NCBI GenBank assembly: GCA_044221725.1 | Contig: JBGAON010000001.1 | Coordinates: 320,001 to 384,000, forward strand | DNA: 64,000 bases | From: Elusimicrobiota bacterium | GTDB taxonomy: Bacteria > Elusimicrobiota > Elusimicrobia > F11 | Direction: 5' to 3' | Shown: positions 17,842-28,218 of the stretch, one piece after another | Layout of the letters: each line of letters begins with the position of its first letter | Position numbering within the stretch: position 1 is the first letter of the stretch | Position numbers and translations under genes: made by a program | The notes under the pieces: generated by a model | The model's input: the letters and a program-made list of their open reading frames with translations, nothing else | Database searches by the model: none | Told to the model about the DNA's origin: nothing

Positions 17842-18972
17842 ATGAAAAAAAATATCGCAGCGATCATATTGGTATTCGCGACATTTGCCGTTGCCCGCAT
17901 TTCATCCGCTGAGACAGAGATCAACACGCTTCAGCTGCGGGTGGACCCCGCCTATTTCTCCCCCGACGGTGACGGACTCCAAGACCAAACGTTTTTTTAT
18001 CCGGTATTGAAATCGCAAGCCGAAGGTTCGCGTTGGACACTTGATATATCGGAAGCAAAACGTCATCGGCGCATAGTGAGGCTGAGCGGCGCTCGATGCC
18101 CGGCGCTGATTAAGTGGAGTGGCAACGATAAAAAAGATCAGATCGTCCCCGATGGTGCCTACGTTGCCAAGTTGACGGTGAGCGGAAAAAGATCCGAAGT
18201 TGTCGCCGAACAGACAGTGGTTGTGGACCGAAAACCACCCCAAGTAACGCTTTCCCTTTCAACCGCCGTTTTTGACAAGAGTTTTTTAGCCAACGGAGCG
18301 ATCGCAATGACGCCTCGCGTATTCGACGATTCGCCGGTGGAGCGGTGGATCGTTCAGGTGCTGGATCAAACCGGGCGAACCGTAACCGTAATGTCGTCGA
18401 GCGGGCCGGTGCATGACGTTGCGTGGGATGGCACGGATCGCAACACGAGCGTGCTGGTTCCACAGGGACGCTATCGCGTGGCGTTTCAGGCGTGGGACAA
18501 GGCCGGTAATCAAAGTGCTCCGTACTTCGCCAATTTAACTGTTAATGTCAGCGCCCGCGAAATGCTCGAACACTCGCTGCACGAGATCCAAGTAAACGAG
18601 ACGCCGATGGGACTGATTGTTCAGCTCGATTCAAAAAATTTGTTCGTTGCACGGAAAAATAAAATTGAGTTATCGGATCCTGGGAAGGATACGCTGCGCG
18701 AGGTGGCAATCTTGTTGAACGCTTATCCCGCGGCGACCGTGAAATTGGACGGATATTCGCATCAGAAGAAAACCGCTTCGCTTGACCAACAGCAAGCGAG
18801 CCTGTTTGCCTGGCGAATTTACAGTTACTTGAGCAAAGCCGGCAACGTAAAAGCGTCGCGTGTTACCGTTCGCGGCCGCGGTCGTTCGGCGATGTTCGAT
18901 CGCCGATCGGTTTCGGTGCCGCTCACAAAAAATGGTGTCGAAGTGATTTTGGAAGGAAGCGGGCCGTGGTGA
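17842..18972 (+). CDS. Exported protein with two FlgD-Ig-like repeats and a degenerate OmpA-like C-terminal domain
   Basis: Signal peptide; FSPDGDG..D, W.G.D...VPDG.Y and WDG.D..VP.G.Y; OmpA-like tail. Confidence 0.68.
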   Translation: MKKNIAAIILVFATFAVARISSAETEINTLQLRVDPAYFSPDGDGLQDQTFFYPVLKSQAEGSRWTLDISEAKRHRRIVRLSGARCPALIKWSGNDKKDQIVPDGAYVAKLTVSGKRSEVVAEQTVVVDRKPPQVTLSLSTAVFDKSFLANGAIAMTPRVFDDSPVERWIVQVLDQTGRTVTVMSSSGPVHDVAWDGTDRNTSVLVPQGRYRVAFQAWDKAGNQSAPYFANLTVNVSAREMLEHSLHEIQVNETPMGLIVQLDSKNLFVARKNKIELSDPGKDTLREVAILLNAYPAATVKLDGYSHQKKTASLDQQQASLFAWRIYSYLSKAGNVKASRVTVRGRGRSAMFDRRSVSVPLTKNGVEVILEGSGPW

Positions 18973-19018
18973 TTGTGCCGCTCTCCCGGCGTTCCGAAAA
19001 ATCTTCTACCATTCCTTT

Positions 19019-19738
19019 ATGAAAATTATTACAGGAATGCATCGCTCGGGCACCTCCATGGTGGCCCGTTTGTTCCATGCGGTGGGTGCAAACCTTGGAA
19101 ATGAGAAAACTTTTTACCGCCCTGATAAATGGAATCCGGATGGGTATTTTGAGCAGCCCGATATTCACGCTGTTAATTTTCCGCTAATCAACGGGCCATT
19201 CTGGAAATTCTCTTATCTTTTTCTGCCATCCGAAAAGACGATTTTAAGGCGAGCGCGGTCGATGTCGGACCGCATTCTCCAAACAGCAGAGAAGTATAAG
19301 AACGCGGTCATTAAAGAAACACGTTTTTGTTTAACGCTGCCGGCATGGAAAGAGGCGTCCGCTACCCCCGAAAAAATACTGGTATGTCTGCGCGAGCCGA
19401 TTCAAGTGGCTTCATCATTGAAAAAACGGAATTGGATTAGTCTTCGCATGGGACTCGATTTATGGAAAGTCCACAATGTTCGACTTTTAAAATATATCGA
19501 AAACATTCCACATCGATTTGTGAGTTATCACAACGTGCTCGATCCGGCGATGTTTTCTCGCGAAGTGAAGCCCGCATTGGCGTTTTTTGGAAATCCAATT
19601 TCCGATGACAAATTCGAAGCTTTAAGAAACGAACACGTTAAGCCCGGCATGAACAACAATTCTTTTGTTTCAGAACGATATCCAGCGGACATTCAGGCGT
19701 TATGGGACCATCTGCAGAAATTGCACAGCAAACAGTAA
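19019..19738 (+). CDS. Sulfotransferase-family protein
   Basis: ITGMHRSGTS (5'-PSB motif), NPDGYFE, R.P..VA.SL. Confidence 0.8.
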   Translation: MKIITGMHRSGTSMVARLFHAVGANLGNEKTFYRPDKWNPDGYFEQPDIHAVNFPLINGPFWKFSYLFLPSEKTILRRARSMSDRILQTAEKYKNAVIKETRFCLTLPAWKEASATPEKILVCLREPIQVASSLKKRNWISLRMGLDLWKVHNVRLLKYIENIPHRFVSYHNVLDPAMFSREVKPALAFFGNPISDDKFEALRNEHVKPGMNNNSFVSERYPADIQALWDHLQKLHSKQ

Positions 19739-20721
19739 AAAGTTCGGACGCGACGAGGAGAAGTCCTCCTCCCGCCGTTGCGTCGGTGTGCGTGTTGATA
19801 CCGGTGCTTAACGCGGAGGTATCGATCGGGCCTTTAATTGAGACGCTCGTTGCCCAATACGGCAAGGTGTATTCGCAATTTGAAATTCTTTTGGTGAACG
19901 ACGGCAGCACCGATGGCAGTCAGAAGATTATCGAGCAGAAAGTTCAGAAATTTCCTGGCCTGGTTAAAGGGGTCCGTCTCTCTAAAAACTTTGGCGAACA
20001 TAATGCCGTGATGTGCGGGTTGAGTTTTGTGCGTGCCGACGCGGTTGTCATCATTGATGACGACTGGCAGAACCCGCCATCCGAAATTAAATTGCTGGTG
20101 GATAAATTGTCCGAAGGTTACGATGTGGTTTACTGCACCTACGACCAGATTCGGCAGTCGTTATTCCGGCGCCTTGGAAGTGCGTTCGCCAATTTGGTCG
20201 CAACGCGGCTTCTGGGCAAGCCAAAGTCACTTTACTTGTCCAGTTTCAAGGCAATGAACTCTTTCCTGGTGCGTTCGGTTCTCACATACAAAGGTCCATT
20301 CCCTTATTTGGATGGAATCATTCTCAGTCAGACGCAATCCATTGGGCAACAGCGGGTGACACATCAACTGCGCTATGCCGGTCGATCGAATTATGATCTC
20401 TCACGATTGTTTCGCCTTTGGCTTAACATGTTTACTGGGTTTTCGATTCTTCCGTTGCGGGCGGCTTCGCTCCTCGGTTTCGCTGTGTCGGTGGGCGCGT
20501 TTTTCCTGTCCCTGTTTTTTATTTACACGCATTTTCATGGCCCGGTGCTTATCAATAATGCGATTCCACCGGGTTGGGCCTCTTTGATTGTGGCGGTCAC
20601 ATTTCTTGGTGGCATGCAGCTCTGTGTGTTGGGTTTGGTTGGTGAATATCTTGGACGTCTGTTCCTAACAATCAATCAATTGCCTCAATATATTGTGAAA
20701 GAGACATTGGGTTTGAACTAA
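19702..20721 (+). CDS. GT2 polyprenyl-phosphate glycosyltransferase (ArnC/GtrB-like); start uncertain
   Basis: VNDGSTDGS, NFGEHNA, IDDD.QNPP, two C-terminal TMs, GEYLGR. Confidence 0.88.
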   Translation: MGPSAEIAQQTVKSSDATRRSPPPAVASVCVLIPVLNAEVSIGPLIETLVAQYGKVYSQFEILLVNDGSTDGSQKIIEQKVQKFPGLVKGVRLSKNFGEHNAVMCGLSFVRADAVVIIDDDWQNPPSEIKLLVDKLSEGYDVVYCTYDQIRQSLFRRLGSAFANLVATRLLGKPKSLYLSSFKAMNSFLVRSVLTYKGPFPYLDGIILSQTQSIGQQRVTHQLRYAGRSNYDLSRLFRLWLNMFTGFSILPLRAASLLGFAVSVGAFFLSLFFIYTHFHGPVLINNAIPPGWASLIVAVTFLGGMQLCVLGLVGEYLGRLFLTINQLPQYIVKETLGLN

Positions 20722-20722
20722 T

Positions 20723-21661
20723 TTGCTCGACCAACTTTCAACGTCGGTTCCTCCGGATTATTACGACCACAATGATTCCGTGCAGAATTGTTTTTTGTGT
20801 GGCGCCCCATCGTATCAGGTCTATCAGAAGTCTCACGATTTCGGACTGCCGTTGGTTTTTCAACAGTGTCGGTGCGGCCTTATAAAACAAACGCCGCTTC
20901 CCAACGAACGTTTTTTTAACTGGTTTTTCAACGCCCCGGTATTTTACAGTGCGGCCCACGCACGCAATGCGAGGATTTGGGGCTATCAGGATTACTTTGG
21001 CGACGAGCGTAGTCGCATGGCAACGGCTCGCCTTCGCTACAAAAAGTTGAGCGTCTATTTCCCGCGCCAATCGGGCCTTCGTATTTTGAAGATCGGCCCT
21101 GCCACCGGAACCTTTCTTAAAGTGGCCAATGATCATGGTCATCACGCGATTGGTTGCGATATTTCTTCAGAATTTGTTGCCTTTGCGCGCTCGCGTTACG
21201 ATGTGCGAATTGATCACGGAAGATTTGAGAAGATGCGTTACGAGTCCGAGCAGTTCGATATTGTTGTGTTGTTCAATGTCATCGAGAATATTCCGAATCA
21301 GGACGAGATTTGGAGCGAAATACAGCGTGTTCTTAAACCCAATGGGATTTTTATGTTCAACTATGTTGATATGCAATCGAACATCATTGCGAAGCTGCAA
21401 GGCTCGCGTTATTTTCTATTCCGTCCGCCGGTTTGTTACGCGTTTTCAGCCTCTCTCATTGAGCGACTCCTCGGGCGGTTCGGTTTTGAGCCCATCGTGA
21501 CAAAACGCGACACGCGATACATGACACTTGAAAAAATTCTCACGTTGCTTCGACTGAATTATCTCGCTCGGCTGTTTCAAAGAATAGGAATCGCGAAACT
21601 TCCATTCCCAATTTTTGCGTACCCTTCTCGCATTGTCGTCGCGCGAAAACACACAGCGTAA
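20723..21661 (+). CDS. Class I SAM-dependent methyltransferase with N-terminal CxxC
   Basis: CFLC..C.C, ILKIGPATGTFL (motif I variant), FDIV...VIE, RVLKPNG. Confidence 0.78.
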   Translation: MLDQLSTSVPPDYYDHNDSVQNCFLCGAPSYQVYQKSHDFGLPLVFQQCRCGLIKQTPLPNERFFNWFFNAPVFYSAAHARNARIWGYQDYFGDERSRMATARLRYKKLSVYFPRQSGLRILKIGPATGTFLKVANDHGHHAIGCDISSEFVAFARSRYDVRIDHGRFEKMRYESEQFDIVVLFNVIENIPNQDEIWSEIQRVLKPNGIFMFNYVDMQSNIIAKLQGSRYFLFRPPVCYAFSASLIERLLGRFGFEPIVTKRDTRYMTLEKILTLLRLNYLARLFQRIGIAKLPFPIFAYPSRIVVARKHTA

Positions 21662-23967
21662 TGGAAGAAAATCGTTTCTGGAACAATCGCAGCCTGTTTG
21701 CCATTTTGCTGATTGTTCACCCGTTTGTGACGTTGCTGATCCATCCGAACATTATTTACATCGGGTTGCAGCAGGATCCGGCCCAGGCTCTTGGCGCGAT
21801 TCTAAACTTCGACTTTCTGCACAACGTGCTCATGAACGACCGGCGATTGGACCGTCTTCCCATGATTTTCTTGAGTTATCCTTTCTACAAGGTCTTTCCG
21901 GCCATGGTGGCCCACCATCTTCTTTATTTCATTTCCTGCTTGGGTATTCTGACGTTGATGTTTTTCACCACGCGGCTCTTCGCCCCCGAGCCGAAGGCGA
22001 TGCTCGCAACCCTTCTCTTCGCAACAAATTTCTGGATTTTGCCAACGTTTGGGGATGTCTATTTGAACCGGTACATGATTCTTTTCTTCCTGGCGGGTTT
22101 TTATTTTGTCGTTAAAGCTGCTCGGGCGGAGAACCAAATAGCGCGGCCCATGATAAGCGGTTTCTTCGCCGCATGCGCCTTTTTTTCACACTTCGCGGCG
22201 TTGCCACTTCTTTTCGTCGGTCCGCTTTATTTTTTTGTTGAGAAGATCGCACAAAAGAAGTTTTCCATGCGGGAAACTCTTAATTTCGTTAATTATTTTG
22301 CGGACGGTTTCGTGGTTTGCTTCTTGTGTTTCGGGTTGTTCAACTATTTGTTTTTGAACGGGCGTTTCCTCTTCTTCATTAATCAGTTTGCCATAAGCCA
22401 GGCTGATTACAGCGACCGTGCTTCGGGTTTTGCGGATGTGTTTCAACCGATTTCGAATTCTTTGTTGTTGATCACGTTTGTGGCGGCAATCGTAACGCTT
22501 CGTCAGCAGCGGGAGTCTTCTCGGCAAAGAATCGTCGCGTGGTGGTTTCTTTTTGCGGCGACGCTTTATTTGATGTTGTGTATCGCAAACGTCTGGTTGC
22601 TTCCAAAAAGTCCGATTTTTCCACGAATGTTGATTCGCGAGTTTTTCCGTTTGTGGCCAGTGCCTTTCGCGTTGCTAACGCTTTATTGTTGTCTTATTCC
22701 TGAAGATTTCAGGTTAACGCCGGTCCGATTGCTGTCTCTTTATGCCGCGCTTATGATCTCGATTTCTCCCGCTTCTTCGGCGTTCGTTTCACTAACGAAA
22801 TTGGCGCCGTTGCTGGCGAGAAATACACTAACAATCGCGTTGATTGGGTTTGTCATTGTTGGGTTCGATCGTTATCCCGGAAACCGAAAATGGATGGCTG
22901 GATGCGCATTTGGACTCGCGCTGCTTATGCGGTCTGTGTTGTTTGCCGCGTATCCGGTAAATGCCGCAAACGGGTACGCCGACCGTTCTTATTATTCCCG
23001 CCTGTACCGCGCAAATGCCCTGCTTCAAACTCCATCCGCCTCTCGAAATTTTTATTGGTTAAACAAGAAGCCGGAGGACGTCACGCTGTGGGATGAATAC
23101 AAGACCATTGGTATCTTCTGGCTCTGTGACTACAATCCGATGGTGTTGGGGGGAAATCCCTTCTTCGGGCCCGGCCCGGCAGGCGTGACCAATTATGTTG
23201 AAGAATCCATGAAAGAGAACAGTCGCATTATCCTCGTCGACGAAGATTTGGATGGCAACGCAATTGAACAGAAAAACCCCGCCTTATTTCCGTACGGTAT
23301 GCGGCTCCGCGAAGAATCCCGCCAAAAGGTCAGCTCTGATGACAAGAAATACTATCTGATCCGATGCCGAGCGGATCCCTATTTGGATTTTGCTCATTGG
23401 GACAAATCGCTGTTAGCGGAGCACACCGGTCTTACGCACATTGCGAACGGAAATTTTAAAGAGGGCATGGCCGGCTGGGAGGGGGGCGATTCCAGCGCGT
23501 CGTGGCCCGGTAAGGCGCAGTACAAATTTGCGACCTCAAATTACACGTTGAGTCGCAATCCCGACGACCGGAGCTTGTTGATCGAAACATCGAATCATTT
23601 GATCAATATCAACACGCATGTAAAGAATCTGGAAGTGGGAAAGCTGTATTCTTTCTTGATCCGTTTCAAAATTGTTCGAACCGATTTGCTAGGAAACAAG
23701 CCGCAATCTCTCAAGGCGGAGGATTCCAAAATCAGCGACCTTATTTATTTTTATGACAGCAAAGGCGCCATTCCGATGATATCGCCGACGGGGAGTTCTG
23801 CCAAAGCCGAATGGCTCGAGGATGGTTTCGCATTTATCGCGCGGGAGGCCGAGTCCTCTTTGTGGATCTATTGTTCGTCGGATGGAACCTATAAGAATTC
23901 TTGTTTTATCGACGACGTCCAAGTAAAGCCGATTACCGCCAATTTGTCCGGTCCGTCCGAAAACTGA
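21661..23967 (+). CDS. Polytopic membrane protein (possible GT-C) with a C-terminal CBM-like domain
   Basis: Roughly 12 TM segments, then a soluble domain NGNFKEG..GW...FIDDVQV. Confidence 0.5.
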   Translation: MEENRFWNNRSLFAILLIVHPFVTLLIHPNIIYIGLQQDPAQALGAILNFDFLHNVLMNDRRLDRLPMIFLSYPFYKVFPAMVAHHLLYFISCLGILTLMFFTTRLFAPEPKAMLATLLFATNFWILPTFGDVYLNRYMILFFLAGFYFVVKAARAENQIARPMISGFFAACAFFSHFAALPLLFVGPLYFFVEKIAQKKFSMRETLNFVNYFADGFVVCFLCFGLFNYLFLNGRFLFFINQFAISQADYSDRASGFADVFQPISNSLLLITFVAAIVTLRQQRESSRQRIVAWWFLFAATLYLMLCIANVWLLPKSPIFPRMLIREFFRLWPVPFALLTLYCCLIPEDFRLTPVRLLSLYAALMISISPASSAFVSLTKLAPLLARNTLTIALIGFVIVGFDRYPGNRKWMAGCAFGLALLMRSVLFAAYPVNAANGYADRSYYSRLYRANALLQTPSASRNFYWLNKKPEDVTLWDEYKTIGIFWLCDYNPMVLGGNPFFGPGPAGVTNYVEESMKENSRIILVDEDLDGNAIEQKNPALFPYGMRLREESRQKVSSDDKKYYLIRCRADPYLDFAHWDKSLLAEHTGLTHIANGNFKEGMAGWEGGDSSASWPGKAQYKFATSNYTLSRNPDDRSLLIETSNHLININTHVKNLEVGKLYSFLIRFKIVRTDLLGNKPQSLKAEDSKISDLIYFYDSKGAIPMISPTGSSAKAEWLEDGFAFIAREAESSLWIYCSSDGTYKNSCFIDDVQVKPITANLSGPSEN

Positions 23968-23994
23968 TAGAAACAATACGTGCATGCAGATTTT

Positions 23995-24081
23995 GGAGAG
24001 GTGCGTGAGTGGTTGAAACGGCACGCCTGGAAAGTGTGTAGGGTCGCGAGATCCTCGCGGGTTCGAATCCCGCCCTCTCCG
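23995..24081 (+). tRNA. tRNA-Ser(GGA)
   Basis: GGAGAGG/CCTCTCC acceptor, CACGC-CTGGAAA-GTGTG anticodon arm. Confidence 0.95.
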
Positions 24082-24083
24082 TC

Positions 24084-25091
24084 CTACACTGCTGTTGGTT
24101 CCCGGGACAGTTCCGTTTTGGCTTTTTTCAGGAATTCGTGTTGGATCAGTGATTGATCCGTGTCCGTTGCAGTTCGAAGTAACACGGTCGCTAGAATCGG
24201 CTCTCTCCCCGTCGTAAATCGCACGATCGCGCGTTTGTCTGGGTTGGGAACCGAAAAACGCCGGAATACCTCAGTGGCGGCATTCAATAGCCTTTGTTCG
24301 GCTTGCGCCAAATCTGTTTTTCCATCGAACTGAAATTCCACCGGAATTTGCAGCTCCCCTTTTTCGCGAAACGAGACAATGTACGATTGGGTGATAAACG
24401 AATTTGGAATTAGCACGATCTGCCCAGACAGAGTTTTCATTCGGCTCGAACGCCAACCCATATCCATGATGTATCCCTTGTGTGTGCCGTATCCGATGCC
24501 GCGTTCCAGTTCGAGATAGTCACCGATTTCCACCTGCCGTGAGGCGAGCAGATAAAATCCCGCAAACAAATTGCTGAGCGTGTCTTGCAGCGCGAGCCCG
24601 ACGGCCAAAGAACCGACGCCAAGCGCCGTAAGGAAGGGACCGATCGCAATCCCAAAATTGGACAACAGAAGAAGCGCACCGAAAACGTAGACCACCACTT
24701 GGACGAGGTTTTGAGAAAGACTTGCTGCCGGGAGCGGAAAATTGAGCCGGCTCGCGATGCGCGGAATAACTTCTTTCGCAATGTGCGCGGCCACCGCGGT
24801 CAGAAGCAAAATGACGAGTGCCGCACTCAGTCGATCGGCCAAAATCTCGGCGCGCAGCGAAAGCGGAAAAACGCGCAGGGAGAAAGCGACACCAGCGACA
24901 ACACTCCAAATCATCACATGGGTTTTTAAAATTTCGAGGATCGAAGTTAAAAGCGATCGTGCCCGCTGACGCTGCGCTAGCCGCGTCAGCATTGCCTGCA
25001 AAAGAAGCCCGATAACAATGCTTCCCACAATAATGCCGAGAGATACAAAGATCGGTTCCGGATGTTCGTGAAGCGCTCTGAGATAGTTCAT
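24084..25091 (-). CDS. mscS: Small-conductance mechanosensitive channel
   Basis: LGVGSLAVGLALQDTLSNLFAG, GDY, IPNS. Confidence 0.9.
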   Translation of the reverse strand: MNYLRALHEHPEPIFVSLGIIVGSIVIGLLLQAMLTRLAQRQRARSLLTSILEILKTHVMIWSVVAGVAFSLRVFPLSLRAEILADRLSAALVILLLTAVAAHIAKEVIPRIASRLNFPLPAASLSQNLVQVVVYVFGALLLLSNFGIAIGPFLTALGVGSLAVGLALQDTLSNLFAGFYLLASRQVEIGDYLELERGIGYGTHKGYIMDMGWRSSRMKTLSGQIVLIPNSFITQSYIVSFREKGELQIPVEFQFDGKTDLAQAEQRLLNAATEVFRRFSVPNPDKRAIVRFTTGREPILATVLLRTATDTDQSLIQHEFLKKAKTELSREPTAV

Positions 25092-25231
25092 GCTGAAGAT
25101 ACGAATGGACGCTGAAGAAAGTTGTGCGCGTAAGAAGTTGCGTTAATAGATTATAATCACGGCCCTTCCCCAAGACTTTGGGGGCTGTCCCGCTTGATTT
25201 TTTATGTAAGGATGGGGCTGCCCGGAACAAC

Positions 25232-25304
25232 GGGGCTGTAGCTCAGCTGGGAGAGCGCATCGTTCGCAACGATGAGGTCGTCGGTTCGATCCCGATCAGC
25301 TCCA
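25232..25304 (+). tRNA. tRNA-Ala(CGC)
   Basis: GGGGCTG/CAGCTCC acceptor with G3:U70, CATCG-TTCGCAA-CGATG anticodon arm. Confidence 0.95.
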
Positions 25305-25409
25305 CTTTTATTTCTAAATCATAGGCATCCACGCCCCGTGGTTAAAGACCGCTATTTAATCTCCACTATCTATCGAGTTTAACGCTTCTGCTGGTGTCTC
25401 AGAATAAAT

Positions 25410-25446
25410 GAAAAGCCCCGCGGGTTGAACATCCGCGAGGCTTTTC
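25410..25446. terminator. Bidirectional terminator-like hairpin
   Basis: GAAAAGCCCCGCGG/CCGCGAGGCTTTTC between convergent units. Confidence 0.7.
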
Positions 25447-25520
25447 GGTGTGAATTTTTGCTGAGACCGAATCAATGTCGCAAGTCGCGACTTGACCCCT
25501 TTTATGCTTTTATGAATCTC

Positions 25521-25844
25521 TTAAAGTCCCAAACTTTCGCACGCTTGAACTGTAACAATCATCTTGATTTGGTGGTCGTAAATGTCGAAAGGAACACCAA
25601 GATTGTCACTATCATAATTCCTTGCGTCCGCGATCTCTTGCTGGAGGAACACATCGCCGGATTTGATCGCATCGTTGATTGTTTGAAGTTCTTGGCGGAA
25701 TCGATCACAGTCCGCCGCTACAACGCCGATAATTATTCCGCCTCCTGCTGCTCCGTGAGGGGGGAGCACTTCGGCGCCAGCAAATGCATGGCTCGACATG
25801 CCTAAGCTTGCGCCAATAAGCATCAGTGTTAGGAACTTTTTCAT
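25521..25844 (-). CDS. Small secreted hypothetical protein (107 aa, two Cys)
   Basis: AAGGAG RBS and MKKFLTLMLIGASLGMSSHAFA signal peptide. Confidence 0.72.
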   Translation of the reverse strand: MKKFLTLMLIGASLGMSSHAFAGAEVLPPHGAAGGGIIIGVVAADCDRFRQELQTINDAIKSGDVFLQQEIADARNYDSDNLGVPFDIYDHQIKMIVTVQACESLGL

Positions 25845-25913
25845 AAAACATCTCCTTGATTGTCCGTTAAAGACAAAACGGATTTGATTTTTTGTTGCCT
25901 GTCTTGACGCATC

Positions 25914-28052
25914 TTGCAACGCTCCGGCCTGCGGTTTCTCGTTTTCCGTCTTGAAAATGAAGCGGTTTTCGGGCACGCTTGTTTGGTGCGGAGAGGTCGG
26001 AAAATCCCCATAAAAATCGCGTTGTTTTTGGTTTTCTTTGGATCCATTTCTGTGTGGGCCGAAGTAAAACTGCGAATTTATTTGCAGGACGGTACTCTTC
26101 AGGCGGGAAATCTCGTTGCCGAAACAGAAAATTCGTTCGTGATCTTGAACAAAGAAGAACGGTTGGAAATTAAAAAAGACAAGATCATGTTCATTAACGG
26201 GAAGACGCTAAAACAGTGGCAAGAGCGGCCCGATAAACTTTTTCAAACCGAAATTATTCCTTCCGATATTCCGAACCCTGCTTATGTGAATGACAAGGCG
26301 CCGAACCCTCCGCCGCCGTCGCCTGCAACGCAGGCCGCCGCAAAATCAGCACCGGTTCCGGCGACGGAAAAATCTGTTGTGCCCGCCACAGGTAAAGCGG
26401 CTTCAGCATCTGCCGCAGCAGCATCCGCCACCGCAACAACCGCCGCTCCGCAATCCGCGCCCGTAATTGCTCCGGTAAAACCGTTATCCGAGGTCGCCGC
26501 CGCGAAGGCCACTCCAACACCAGCACCAACACCCGTGGCAGCGAACCCCACACCGGCACCAACGCCGGCCGCGGCAAAACGAACCCCGGCGCCAACCCCA
26601 GCGCCCGTCGTTAAGAGTGAAGAGCCCAAGGCTGCGCCCGTGGCAAAAAAAGAAGAACCAAAAGTTGAACCCGTGGTTGCTGCAGCGCCCGCTGCTCCTG
26701 TGGAAAAGCGTCGCAAGAAAAATCGGCACCATCGTTCGGATAAAACCGACGTGGCCGCAGTGCCGCCTGCAAAACCAGCGCCAGAAAAATCGCTCCCGGT
26801 TCCACCCGATCCAACGACGATCCCCACGGAAACAGCAAGTCTTTCTGCGGTTGCCGGGATCGCTCGTCCGTCAGGTTTTCAGCGGAAGGAGATGGGGGAT
26901 TATCACTTCGCGCGCGCAGTCGCCTACGAAAAAGCCGGCGCGCGCGGGCAAGCGATTCAAGAACTCCACATTTCCACGTTGCTCGATCGACAAAATCCTG
27001 ATTCCGTGTATATGCTCGGGAAACTTTATTTTGATGAAGGGCAGAAAGACCGCGCGGAGAAATATTTCAACCATCCGCTTGTGAAGAAGCGGCCGGAAAT
27101 CGAGACGTTTACGAAGCAACTGGAGCAAGCGGAGAAAAAGCAGGAACAAAACAAAAATATTCTCTATGGACTGACGGCCGTTGGCGCTCTCGCTTGGATT
27201 CCCCTGTTGCTGATTGTGCGTCGGTTCCGGAAAAAGACAAAGCGAGTGATCACAGCAGAGTCAATTGAAGTTACGAAGAACATCATTGAAGACGTTATAG
27301 AGGAAGTGGCTGAAAAAGGTCCGGCGTTTAAACCGCAAATGCCATCACCGGTTCCGCCGCGCACGGCGCCACCGGTCGCCCCAGTGCTTCCTGAAAATTC
27401 CTTCGCCGGAAAGCCGGAGCCGGTCGTTCAGCAAAAACCGGTAACGCCTGCTGTTCCGCCCGCCCCTGTCGTGTCGCCGGTGCCCCTGTTGCCACCCGCT
27501 CCCGTAACGCCACCGGCGCCGATCGTGACCGGAATTCCAGCGCCAATTTCGTTGCCGCCAGCGGTGCCTCCCATTGTTCCTCCTATTATTACGCCACCCG
27601 TGGGAGCGCCCGAGCCAGCCCCCGAACCGGTGGCTGTGCCCGCGTTTTTCAAGAAAGTGGAAGGCCTCGATACCGAATCGGTGCTTCGACTTGCGAGCAT
27701 GGTGGACCGCGCCGTCCGGAAAGGCAATGCCTACGCGATCGACAATCAGTACGATCTCGCACGTCGCGAGTATCGAACCGCGTTGGCACTGAACCCAGCA
27801 TGCCTCGAAGCGTATCTGGGATTGGGATACTTATGTTTCACTCAGGGCCAATGGGATTTGGCGCTTGAGCACTATTCGAAAGCGATTGCGATTGATTCGA
27901 ACTCGGCCGATGCGCATTACGGAATCGGTCGCGTTATGTTAGAAACGGAACACGTTGACGAGGCGGTTTATGAGTTTCAAAAAACGCTCGCCTTGGACAC
28001 CATGTTTGACGACGCTCGGGAGACCCTAACCTCCCTCGGCGTCGTCGTTTAG
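25914..28052 (+). CDS. Single-pass membrane TPR protein with Pro/Ala-rich linkers; true start probably near 25986
   Basis: Signal-like segment, TPxPAPTP repeats, TPR, TM followed by RRFRKK, Pro-rich linker, C-terminal TPRs. Confidence 0.72.
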   Translation: MQRSGLRFLVFRLENEAVFGHACLVRRGRKIPIKIALFLVFFGSISVWAEVKLRIYLQDGTLQAGNLVAETENSFVILNKEERLEIKKDKIMFINGKTLKQWQERPDKLFQTEIIPSDIPNPAYVNDKAPNPPPPSPATQAAAKSAPVPATEKSVVPATGKAASASAAAASATATTAAPQSAPVIAPVKPLSEVAAAKATPTPAPTPVAANPTPAPTPAAAKRTPAPTPAPVVKSEEPKAAPVAKKEEPKVEPVVAAAPAAPVEKRRKKNRHHRSDKTDVAAVPPAKPAPEKSLPVPPDPTTIPTETASLSAVAGIARPSGFQRKEMGDYHFARAVAYEKAGARGQAIQELHISTLLDRQNPDSVYMLGKLYFDEGQKDRAEKYFNHPLVKKRPEIETFTKQLEQAEKKQEQNKNILYGLTAVGALAWIPLLLIVRRFRKKTKRVITAESIEVTKNIIEDVIEEVAEKGPAFKPQMPSPVPPRTAPPVAPVLPENSFAGKPEPVVQQKPVTPAVPPAPVVSPVPLLPPAPVTPPAPIVTGIPAPISLPPAVPPIVPPIITPPVGAPEPAPEPVAVPAFFKKVEGLDTESVLRLASMVDRAVRKGNAYAIDNQYDLARREYRTALALNPACLEAYLGLGYLCFTQGQWDLALEHYSKAIAIDSNSADAHYGIGRVMLETEHVDEAVYEFQKTLALDTMFDDARETLTSLGVVV

Positions 28053-28081
28053 CGCACCAAAAATTCGGTTTTTCCGTCGAA

Positions 28082-28111
28082 TTGACACTTCCCACCGCTT
28101 TTTGTTAGCTT
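28082..28111 (+). promoter_or_regulatory. Putative sigma70 promoter for korAB
   Basis: TTGACA-N18-TAGCTT with an extended TGn. Confidence 0.5.
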
Positions 28112-28218
28112 CCGGCCCAACAATTTCCTCCCCTCGTGGTCCAACGACGGACCCATCATCAACACATCAAAGGTGAAAGTTTTGCATCAGGGGTAACAAT
28201 CAAGGAGACGTACTTCTT

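Noticed and set aside
25180..25240. Three GGGGCTG copies at and upstream of the tRNA-Ala 5' end
   Set aside because: Only 7 bp; no 3' att duplication or integrase, and no second cloverleaf
26500..26610. Nucleotide repeats suggesting an array
   Set aside because: These are coding Pro/Thr/Ala repeats with no repeat-spacer structure; no CRISPR array was seen in the window
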